This document shows positions 8,660 to 16,274 of a DNA stretch of 64,000 bases, in pieces (the stretch's first letter is position 1; every line of letters begins with the position of its first letter). The position numbers and the translations under genes are program-made. The stretch is from a virus: IMG/VR virus record IMGVR_UViG_3300035696_000035, positions 1-64,000 of that record; one strand, given 5' to 3'. The notes under the pieces are model-generated. The model worked only from the letters and a program-made list of their open reading frames with translations. It was not told the origin of the DNA and did no database searches.

Positions 8660-9003
8660 GCTTCCATGCCGAGGCGACGTGCCTCGTCCCGTATGAAGTT
8701 GCCGAGGTTCATGTACTCAGTGCCCAAGTCGACCAACGACAACGGAGTGCACTGGCGTGCCATGACGATTACCTTGCGGTTGTGGACGCCGAACAGCGGC
8801 GTCGCTTGTTCAAGTCGTAGACGAACAAAGCGTTGTCGGGAACCCGGGCTGGCTGTGTCTTTGGCGGGCAACACTTCAACAACGCGACTGATGATGCCAA
8901 TCCAGCGCTTGCACAGGTCGCCGACACGCCATTCGTTTTCTTCCTTCCGGCCGTTGAGTGCCATCGGATGCTCCAGGTCTCGATTGTCTGCCGTGCTGGT
9001 CAT
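8656..9003 (-). CDS. family-B protein
   Basis: C-terminal LSLVDLGTEYMNLGNFIRDEARRLGMEA. Confidence 0.5.
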   Translation of the reverse strand: MTSTADNRDLEHPMALNGRKEENEWRVGDLCKRWIGIISRVVEVLPAKDTASPGSRQRFVRLRLEQATPLFGVHNRKVIVMARQCTPLSLVDLGTEYMNLGNFIRDEARRLGMEA

Positions 9004-9053
9004 AGTGTACCACGACAGTGAAAGTGAGAGGCCACCCGTGGTATGATTAGACC
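9004..9053. promoter_or_regulatory. divergent intergenic region with shared AGTGTACCA motif and TATGAT -10-like hexamer
   Basis: Only about 50 bp between divergently oriented gene blocks; AGTGTACCAC also present in the 27362-27404 divergent region. Confidence 0.3.
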
Positions 9054-9626
9054 ATGGAGCAGGAACTGGAGCAAGAGCTCACCACCCCCAAGCCACCACC
9101 TGTCATTGACGATGCGGACGAGGCTCCCAGCGAGGAGGACCTGCTCTCACACGAGCAGCGGTTCCAGCGCTGGCAGTCCAAGCGTCCGCCCATCGACCAC
9201 CTTCGCGATGCTCTCCACGTCGACCACCAGACGGGCGACATCGTGCCGCTCTTCGATGTGGGTGACCGCATCGTGGTCGACCGCCGGACGACCCTCCTCA
9301 AGGGGGTGCCCTGGCTGGAGACCATCGTCGGCAAGGTTCGCAGCATCGACGACGACACCGGCCTGGTCACCGTCTACGACGAGGACTCGGACCCGCGCAA
9401 CCCGCCCGTCCGTTACACATCGTTCAAGGATGGTCTCCACACCTTCAAGCTCGCCCCGGAACGTGGCAACCCATTCGAGCCGCCTCCGCCTCCCAAGAAG
9501 GAGAAGCCCCAGCCCGTCCCGGGCAAGAAGGGCCGTGGGCGGCCGAAGGGCAGCAAGAACCGTCCGAAGGACGTCATCAAGGCCGAGCGTGAGGCTCGCA
9601 AAGCAGCGAAAGGGAACAACAAGTGA
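9054..9626 (+). CDS. AT-hook-containing protein (putative DNA-binding)
   Basis: C-terminal PGKKGRGRPKGSKNRPKD AT-hook; acidic N-terminus; first gene after divergent region 9004-9053. Confidence 0.5.
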   Translation: MEQELEQELTTPKPPPVIDDADEAPSEEDLLSHEQRFQRWQSKRPPIDHLRDALHVDHQTGDIVPLFDVGDRIVVDRRTTLLKGVPWLETIVGKVRSIDDDTGLVTVYDEDSDPRNPPVRYTSFKDGLHTFKLAPERGNPFEPPPPPKKEKPQPVPGKKGRGRPKGSKNRPKDVIKAEREARKAAKGNNK

Positions 9627-9901
9627 GCCAGCTCATCCCGGAACTCGACGACCCGTTCGACCTCGCGGTCTTGCTGGAGGACACCTACGACTCGCCTCCC
9701 ATTGTCTCCGCGTTGCCGTCTTCGCCGCCCAACGCTCTCATCGTGACCACGCCCTGCGGCGACGAGATCGTGCCCTTCCATGACCTGGAAGACCCGACCA
9801 TCATCATCCGGGACGTGGAGCTGGCGGCGTTGCTAGCTGATTCCAGCCCACACACCCACAAGACGGTGCCCAGCTTCCACGCCGTCAAGCCAGTCACATG
9901 A
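9623..9901 (+). CDS. hypothetical protein
   Basis: 92-aa ORF, ATGA-coupled. Confidence 0.35.
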   Translation: MSQLIPELDDPFDLAVLLEDTYDSPPIVSALPSSPPNALIVTTPCGDEIVPFHDLEDPTIIIRDVELAALLADSSPHTHKTVPSFHAVKPVT

Positions 9902-10002
9902 ACCAGCTCGTCACAGACCTCTTCTTCTGCTTGCCCGCCGGAGTGGCAGCGTTGCTGTTCCTCTGCACAGTCGGCGGGTGGGGGATGAAGAAGAGGTCAC
10001 CG

Positions 10003-10211
10003 TGATCTCGTTGCGAGGTGGCATCGCCGCCACAGTCTGGTACGTGGCCGTCCTCCTGTCGATCAGGTTCGGTCAGGTCCAACCCGATCCGGTTCCCGCC
10101 ATCCAGCTCAACGCTCCCGCAGTCGATGCCAGCGTGCCTCCGCCCCCGCCTCCGCCGGAACCAGCGGGTGACTGTGGCGAGTGGGACGACTCAGAGGAGT
10201 GCGAGACATGA
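10003..10211 (+). CDS. small membrane protein with poly-Pro acidic tail
   Basis: GTG start in GTGA overlap; IAATVWYVAVLLSI TM helix then PPPPPPPEP..DCGEWDDSEECE. Confidence 0.3.
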
Positions 10212-10498
10212 AAGCGAGCCCAGGCATGATGTTCATGGTGAAGAGCAACGCACCCGTCCACGATGACCCGGCATACAAGGAGACCCAGATGCGGTCCCAC
10301 TACAACCGGGAGCTGGGGCGCGTGGTCGAGACCACCAACGAGATCATCCGTGAGCTGTTCCGTACCGAGGACGGTGACCTGGCCCTGGTGCTGGCGACGG
10401 GCATGAAGGGTGACGGCCGCGAAGGCTACTCCTACTGCCTGCTGCCGGGCCAGCGACTCGGCTGGATCCACAACAACGACCTGATGCAAGCTGACTGA
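10208..10498 (+). CDS. family-A paralog
   Basis: Trimmed to MKASPGMMFMV (ATGA overlap); LALVLAT..LGWIHNNDL. Confidence 0.45.
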   Translation: MKASPGMMFMVKSNAPVHDDPAYKETQMRSHYNRELGRVVETTNEIIRELFRTEDGDLALVLATGMKGDGREGYSYCLLPGQRLGWIHNNDLMQAD

Positions 10499-10833
10499 TG
10501 TCTCGCCGGGTACTGCCAGGGGACCTGGTCAGCTTCTATGCACCCCCGCCAGGCGACAACCTGCCACAGGTGCAGGTCATCGAGCACCGCGCCACGCCCA
10601 GGAAGAAGAAGGCACCGGGCTTCCCGTTGCTGATCGACAACGACGACTTCAACAGGCTGGGCGAGCTCCAGAAGGAGATGGATGCCATCAACCCGAACCA
10701 CCTGTACCTGGTGCTGACGGCATCGGAGACCCGGTCGTTCTTGATGCGTTGCGGCACCTGCAAGTACGTCGTTGCCTTCAACAAGGACCTGGTCAACCAC
10801 TCGGACGAAGAGGAGGAAGACCCGTGGCTCTGA
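10498..10833 (+). CDS. family-A-like protein with acidic tail
   Basis: MSRRVLPGDLVSF..LYLVLTA..; TGATG start. Confidence 0.45.
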   Translation: MSRRVLPGDLVSFYAPPPGDNLPQVQVIEHRATPRKKKAPGFPLLIDNDDFNRLGELQKEMDAINPNHLYLVLTASETRSFLMRCGTCKYVVAFNKDLVNHSDEEEEDPWL

Positions 10834-11126
10834 AGCTCGTCCCCGGTGCTCGCATCGAGATGCAGGGCCCCGCATCACGGGTCCCAGCGAAATCAGCGAG
10901 TGGGCAACCCTCTCCCCCACCTGACATTGTCGTCATCGACGCTCGGTCCGAGAAGGAGAGACGGTTCGTCCCCCACGGACACCAAGCTTTGGTCATCGGG
11001 GTCAGGGTCCTCAACGAGCGGGAGCCGATGCACACTACATGGGTGTACTGCTTCTCCAGCGAGCACGGCTTCTGGCGGTGTGAGTCGACCCGTATCAGAG
11101 TGATATGGAGCCCAGAAGAGGGATAG
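10825..11126 (+). CDS. family-A-like protein
   Basis: GTG start overlapping previous stop; QALVIGV..WVYCF..GFW. Confidence 0.35.
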
Positions 11127-11127
11127 G

Positions 11128-11427
11128 ATGGGTGACATGAAGCAGGACATCAAACAGACGACCTCGTGGAGCGAGGTGTATGAGCACGACGGCTTCAAGC
11201 TGACGGTCTCCACGTCGAACCACCCGTTGGTCTACCTCGACATCCCGGAAGTCGACCACAACAACGACGGCAAGCCCGACACCAACGGCCTGGGCAAGGC
11301 ACGGCAGGAGTGTGCAGTGCTCAGCGTCGAACAGTTGTACCAGCTTCGTAACTTCGTCGACCATGCCATCCGCGATCTCGAGACCAACAAGCGCTGGCCC
11401 AAGAAGCCAATGACGAGGAGCCGCTGA
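11128..11427 (+). CDS. hypothetical protein
   Basis: 99-aa ORF, good composition. Confidence 0.4.
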   Translation: MGDMKQDIKQTTSWSEVYEHDGFKLTVSTSNHPLVYLDIPEVDHNNDGKPDTNGLGKARQECAVLSVEQLYQLRNFVDHAIRDLETNKRWPKKPMTRSR

Positions 11428-11669
11428 TGCCCCGCCAGCGCAAGAAAGTCGACCGGGTCTACCTGCAGTGGGAGCAAGCGATGCTGGTCTCCGACGGGCA
11501 GAAGCTCGCCAAGGAGATGAAGCAGCTCCTCACCGCCCTCGAGAAGTGCCTTGAGGGCGACAACCCAGCCTTCCCCATCTGGACCCGTGACATTCTCGAG
11601 AAGGCGACTGGGCTCTACCAGCTGGGCGGTTGCCACGCTGTCCTTGCCAACATCCTAGTGAAGCGCTGA
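11427..11669 (+). CDS. hypothetical protein
   Basis: 80-aa ORF, TGATG-coupled. Confidence 0.4.
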   Translation: MPRQRKKVDRVYLQWEQAMLVSDGQKLAKEMKQLLTALEKCLEGDNPAFPIWTRDILEKATGLYQLGGCHAVLANILVKR

Positions 11670-11672
11670 GCC

Positions 11673-11942
11673 GTGGGACGCCGGGCCATAAGGACAGGTG
11701 ACCTGGTCGTCTCTCGCCACGAGTCGGTCCAGCTCTGGCGGCTGCCTGAAGGCAACCTCGACTCCAGCGACTGCGTCTCACACAACTGCAAGATGGGCCT
11801 CGTTATCGGCCTGCAACAGGTGACGTGGTACGCCGACAAGTTCAACACCCACCCGAAGACCAAGCTGATGGTGATGGTGTTCGATTCGACCGTTCAGAAG
11901 TATGGTTGGGTCGAGGTCAACAAGATCAAGCGGGTGGACTGA
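11673..11942 (+). CDS. family-A paralog
   Basis: RTGDLVVSRH..MGLVIGL..YGWVEVNKI. Confidence 0.5.
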   Translation: MGRRAIRTGDLVVSRHESVQLWRLPEGNLDSSDCVSHNCKMGLVIGLQQVTWYADKFNTHPKTKLMVMVFDSTVQKYGWVEVNKIKRVD

Positions 11943-12175
11943 TGCCGAAGTCTGACCAACGTCCCAAGCCGGGTGACATGGTGTTGCTTCGTGGCAACGT
12001 CGCTCGGGATGTCTGGGCTGAGCCGCCGAAGCAGCGTGCCGGCGTGGTGATGCCTGGGTCGTTGGGCCTCGTCATCTCAGCGAACCACGAGACCGCCAAG
12101 TTCTACACCTACGTCCTGTGGTCGATGCCCTGCATCATGGGATGGATCGAGGACGGCTTCCTCCTGAAGGCATGA
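11942..12175 (+). CDS. family-A paralog
   Basis: TGATG start; KPGDMVLLRG..LGLVISA..YVLWS..MGWIEDGF. Confidence 0.5.
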   Translation: MPKSDQRPKPGDMVLLRGNVARDVWAEPPKQRAGVVMPGSLGLVISANHETAKFYTYVLWSMPCIMGWIEDGFLLKA

Positions 12176-12176
12176 C

Positions 12177-12446
12177 ATGAAGAAGACGATCCACAAGTAC
12201 AACGTGACGATGGAAGACACCTTCGAGCTGAAGCTGCCGAGGGGTGCCCAGATCCTCACTGTCCAGGAGCAGTACGGCGAGCCTCAGCTCTGGGCCGTCG
12301 TCGACACCTCGGCTCCCAAGGAACCACGCCGGTTCCGGTTGGTAGGCACCGGCCACCCGATCGACGAGAAGCTCAACCTGTCGTACGTCGGCACCTTCCA
12401 ACTCGACCACGGCGAGTTCATCGGTCACCTGTTCGAGCTGCTGTGA
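12177..12446 (+). CDS. hypothetical protein
   Basis: 89-aa ORF. Confidence 0.4.
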   Translation: MKKTIHKYNVTMEDTFELKLPRGAQILTVQEQYGEPQLWAVVDTSAPKEPRRFRLVGTGHPIDEKLNLSYVGTFQLDHGEFIGHLFELL

Positions 12447-12712
12447 TCGCTCCTGGCACTCTCTGCAGGCTGAAGAACCCGATGGGGTTCAACATCACGT
12501 TCCGGCGTCGGCTAGAGGACCCGCCCCCGGATCCTGCGAAGCCCCCAGTGAATGGAACGTGCCTCATTGACCCGAACCTCTACCTGTTCACAATCGTAGC
12601 GGTGCCCTTTCGCCGTGCAAACGACCACTACGCTTGGGGCATGCTCAACGATGGCCGCTTGGGGTTCATCAACTGCAAGTGGCTGATTGAGGTCCGCGAT
12701 GGTGATGTCTGA
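12443..12712 (+). CDS. family-A-like protein
   Basis: GTGA start; IAPGTLCRLKN..FTIVAV..CKWLIEV. Confidence 0.4.
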   Translation: MIAPGTLCRLKNPMGFNITFRRRLEDPPPDPAKPPVNGTCLIDPNLYLFTIVAVPFRRANDHYAWGMLNDGRLGFINCKWLIEVRDGDV

Positions 12713-12989
12713 GATCCTGCTCGTCCTGGTGCCGGTGTTGCTTGCCATTCTAGCTCTCGCTGGAAGGATAACTCAGGAGGGAGTCAAGCAGAACAATGAG
12801 GACGGTCCCTCCTTTAACGGCACCCAAGCCCGCACCTACCAGTGCCAAGAGATGGTGCCCGACATGGAGCTCGCAGTGACCTACCGTGACGCGCCGTTGA
12901 AGCAGTGCAGCCATGCCATCAAGCTCCACGTCAGGGGTGACTGCATTCCCATGTGTCCCAAGCATGGCACACCGATGAAGCGAGTGTAA
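12699..12989 (+). CDS. small membrane protein with 5-Cys C-terminal domain, immediately upstream of MVP gene
   Basis: MVMSEILLVLVPVLLAILALAG TM helix; CQEMVPD..CSHAIKLHVRGDCIPMCPKHG. Confidence 0.4.
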   Translation: MVMSEILLVLVPVLLAILALAGRITQEGVKQNNEDGPSFNGTQARTYQCQEMVPDMELAVTYRDAPLKQCSHAIKLHVRGDCIPMCPKHGTPMKRV

Positions 12990-13019
12990 CGCTGTCTGTT
13001 AAAGAGATAGGGTGGCACC

Positions 13020-16000
13020 ATGGTCAAGTGCAATATGTGTCGCGGCTCGGGTTGGTACCAAGCCAACGCGAACCAACGCACCAAGTGCCCCTACTGCCAG
13101 GGTCGAGGCAGCATCGACGAGAAGGACCCAGCGCAGCAGCGTAGGGCTCGTGAGCTCGACGACTTCTACACCGGGATGAAGACCTTCGGTGATCCCACCA
13201 CCACGTTTCCTGGCGGGTACAACCCCAGCGAAGTAGAGCGGATCCTGAACGAGAAGGCGATCGAGTCCAAGGCAACGATGCGGAAGCCCGCTCCTTCGCC
13301 CGCGATGCCGATCCCGGGTCCGAGCCCGATCGACGTGGCTCTGTCTGAGGCCCGGCGCCGCAAGCAGGAGCTGTACGGCACTCGCCCAGAACCAACGATT
13401 TCGCCGACGACGCCGGTGGCACCTGAATCTAGTGTAAAGCGTCCGAAAAAAGAAGTAGGGTCTGGTCACACAACGGCGCAAGCCAAAACTCGGAGCAACG
13501 ACAACATGAGCGAAGAAGATATCCGCGGACAGCGTCGAGTGCAGGACATGATCCTGGCTCCCAACGAGTTCGCATACATCAGCGACGAGACCAAGGGCGA
13601 AGTCAACGTCTTCGTCGGTCCCAACAAGCAGAGCCTGGCCGGCACCGACCAGCTCGTCAAGTTCGACCTCAAGTCGAAGCGGTTCCAGTCGGTCACTCGG
13701 GAGCAGGGCATCCAGCTCTTCCAGACCGCACCGGAAGGGTGGTACATCGTCCTGAAGAACCCGGCCGACGGTGACAAGCACCCGACGGGCCAGGGCAAGC
13801 TCAGCACGCCAAACCTCCGGGTCGGCAAGAAGGTCAACATCCCGGGTCCGGCATCGTTCCCGCTGTGGCCTGGCCAGATGGCGAAGGTCGTCCAGGGACA
13901 CTCGCTGAAGTCGAACGAGTACCTGCTCTGCCGGGTCTACGACGAGGAAGCCGCGAAGGCCAACTACGGCAAGGCGGTCGTCAAGACGCAGGGTGAGACC
14001 TCTGCAACGCCTGCTGCCGAGGGCGAGTCCGCCAAGCGGCCGCACCGCAGCGTCGAGGCCTCGGGTCGTGCTTCCAGCGACATCCCGACGGCCAACGACC
14101 TCACGATGGGCAAGCTCTTCGTGGTCCGAGGCACCGAGGTCTCCTTCTACATCCCGCCGACCGGCATCGAGGTCGTCGCCGAGAAGGTGAATGGCGAAGA
14201 GCGCATGGTCCGTGAGGCCTGCTCGCTCGAGCGTCTCGAGTACTGCTTGCTCCTCGACCAGAACGGCAACAAGCGCTACGTCATCGGCCCGGACGTCGTG
14301 TTCCCCCGCCCGACCGAGAAGTTCGTCGAGGCTCCCATCAAGTCGAACCCGGACAAGGTGAAGGCGAAGAAGTTCCGCGCCCAGGAGCTGACCCCGACGA
14401 GCGGCATCCACATCCGTGTCATCGCGGACTACAAGGAGGCCGACGGCACTCAGCGCAAGGCTGGCGATGAGCTCTTCATCACCGGCAACGAGCAGCCGGT
14501 GTACTTCCCCCGCGAGGAGCACGCCATCATCAAGTACGGCGAGCAGGACGTCCACTACGGGATCGCGATCCCGCCTGGCGAGGCTCGTTACATCCTCAAC
14601 CGCCTCACCGGCGAAGCGAGCCTGGTCGTCGGTCCGAAGATCTTCCTCCCGGATCCCCGGACGCAGGTCATCCTCCAGCGCGCCCTTCCCCTCGACCTCT
14701 GCAGCTTGCTCTACCCGGGCAACAACGAGGCTCTCGAGGTCAACGCGGCTCGCCTCGGCGTCGAAGACGTCGACTTCATGGGTGCTGGCGGGGCCAACGC
14801 GGCCTTCCTCAACAGCAACTACGTCCGCAGCGAGACGGAGAACGAGGCCTACGGTGCCGTGGCAGCAGCCGCGACCCCCGATGTCGGCCGCGGTCGCATC
14901 CTGATCAAGGCGGCGAGCAAGGCTCTGCCGGGCGATGCCTTCGACCGCAAGGCGAAGTTCACCGCACCGCGCTCGGTCATCCTCAACACCAAGTACGACG
15001 GCGCCGTCGCCGTGACCCTCTGGACCGGGTTCGCAATGCTCCTCGTTCGCAAGAGCGGCGAGCGCCGGGTCATCCAGGGACCGGGCACCTTCATGCTCGA
15101 GTACGACGAGAGCCCGCAGGTTCTGTCGCTCTCGACGGGCAAGCCCAAGAGCACCGACAACATCCTCCGCACGGTGTACCTGCAGGTCGCCAACAACATG
15201 GTCAGCGACGTCGTCGAGGTCGAGACCAAGGACTTCTGCCGGATCAAGGTGAAGGTGTCGTACCGCGTCAACTTCGAGGGCGACAGCGACTCGTGGTTCA
15301 ACGTCGACAACTACGTCAAGTTCCTCTGCGACGCGATGCGGTCTCGCATCCGGTCCGCAGTGCAGAAGCTCGGTGTCGAGGAGTTCTACTCCAACCACAC
15401 GCCGATCCTGCGTGACATCATCCTGGGTGCCAAGCACAAGGACCAGGAGCGCCTCGGCACCACGTTCGCCGAGAACGGCATGCGGATCTACGACGCCGAG
15501 GTCCTCGGCATCGAGATGACCAACACCGACGTCGAAAAGATGTTGGTCGCTGCACAGCGGTCGGTCATCCAGAACACCCTCGTCCTGGCCGAAGAGCGGC
15601 GCAAGCTGGAGTTCGTCAAGGAGACAGAGGAGCTGAAGCGGCAGACGGAGCTGGCCCGGGCGGAAACGACCCGAGCGACCCTCGAGCTGCAGCAGGTCAA
15701 CGCCAAGCGCAAGCTGGAGCTCGACCTGACCCTGATCGCCAACAACGCCAAGCAGCAGGCCGACCAGCTCGCTGCGGAAGCGGCTGCGGAAGCAGCACGT
15801 GCGGCGAACAACATGGCCCGTGAGCAGGCGGCAGCCGAAGTGGCAGCCCTCGAGCTCCAGACGACCGAGGCCCAGCGCGCCGCAGAGCGAGAGCACCTGG
15901 CGAAGACCCAGGCCATCGAGCTCGAGAAGCTCCGGGCACAGGTCCAGGCCACGGTCGACAAGGCCAAGTCCATCGAACCGCAGTTCGTCGCGGCCCTCCA

Positions 16001-16196
16001 GGCCTTCGGCGACAAGGCACTCGTCGAGAAGCTGTCGGAGGCCATGGCTCCGCTGGCGATCATCGGCGGTGGCAAGAAGGGCGTCGCCGAGATCTTCAAC
16101 GACCTGCTGAAGGGCACCGTCCTAGGCAACACCCTGGGCACCCTCGCGGCAGGCGCCGAGAAGTCGAACGGCGCGGCCAAGACGGCACGAGCCTGA
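13020..16196 (+). CDS. major vault protein (MVP) homolog with N-terminal DnaJ-type CxxCxGxG zinc finger
   Basis: 1058 aa; repeated MVP-repeat pattern (NEFAYISDETKGEVNVFVGP; RYVIGPDVVFP; SLVVGPKIFLP); shoulder region VLSLSTGKPKS..TKDFCRIKVKVSYRVNF..VDNYVKFLCDAMRSRIRSAV aligns by eye to MVP [48 protein letters not shown]; long C-terminal Ala/Glu/Lys/Gln coiled coil = cap-helix; N-terminal CNMCRGSG..CPYCQGRG. Confidence 0.85.
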   Translation: MVKCNMCRGSGWYQANANQRTKCPYCQGRGSIDEKDPAQQRRARELDDFYTGMKTFGDPTTTFPGGYNPSEVERILNEKAIESKATMRKPAPSPAMPIPGPSPIDVALSEARRRKQELYGTRPEPTISPTTPVAPESSVKRPKKEVGSGHTTAQAKTRSNDNMSEEDIRGQRRVQDMILAPNEFAYISDETKGEVNVFVGPNKQSLAGTDQLVKFDLKSKRFQSVTREQGIQLFQTAPEGWYIVLKNPADGDKHPTGQGKLSTPNLRVGKKVNIPGPASFPLWPGQMAKVVQGHSLKSNEYLLCRVYDEEAAKANYGKAVVKTQGETSATPAAEGESAKRPHRSVEASGRASSDIPTANDLTMGKLFVVRGTEVSFYIPPTGIEVVAEKVNGEERMVREACSLERLEYCLLLDQNGNKRYVIGPDVVFPRPTEKFVEAPIKSNPDKVKAKKFRAQELTPTSGIHIRVIADYKEADGTQRKAGDELFITGNEQPVYFPREEHAIIKYGEQDVHYGIAIPPGEARYILNRLTGEASLVVGPKIFLPDPRTQVILQRALPLDLCSLLYPGNNEALEVNAARLGVEDVDFMGAGGANAAFLNSNYVRSETENEAYGAVAAAATPDVGRGRILIKAASKALPGDAFDRKAKFTAPRSVILNTKYDGAVAVTLWTGFAMLLVRKSGERRVIQGPGTFMLEYDESPQVLSLSTGKPKSTDNILRTVYLQVANNMVSDVVEVETKDFCRIKVKVSYRVNFEGDSDSWFNVDNYVKFLCDAMRSRIRSAVQKLGVEEFYSNHTPILRDIILGAKHKDQERLGTTFAENGMRIYDAEVLGIEMTNTDVEKMLVAAQRSVIQNTLVLAEERRKLEFVKETEELKRQTELARAETTRATLELQQVNAKRKLELDLTLIANNAKQQADQLAAEAAAEAARAANNMAREQAAAEVAALELQTTEAQRAAEREHLAKTQAIELEKLRAQVQATVDKAKSIEPQFVAALQAFGDKALVEKLSEAMAPLAIIGGGKKGVAEIFNDLLKGTVLGNTLGTLAAGAEKSNGAAKTARA

Positions 16197-16274
16197 TCAA
16201 CAAGCCGGAAGCCGCTGCCATCCAATCCCGGGTGGCAGCGGCTTTCGCACATCTGAAGAAAGAGAGTCCCACAA

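Noticed and set aside
12999-15896. 965-aa minus-strand ORF antisense to the MVP gene (similarly 15488..16735, 16635..18215, 36751..37659, 28274..29032, 10432..10920 and 13024..13422 antisense to other genes)
   Set aside because: Extreme Arg/Leu/Gly/Asp/Val composition with no motifs. Each lies exactly opposite a gene with clear domain homology. This is a typical GC-rich mirror-frame artefact
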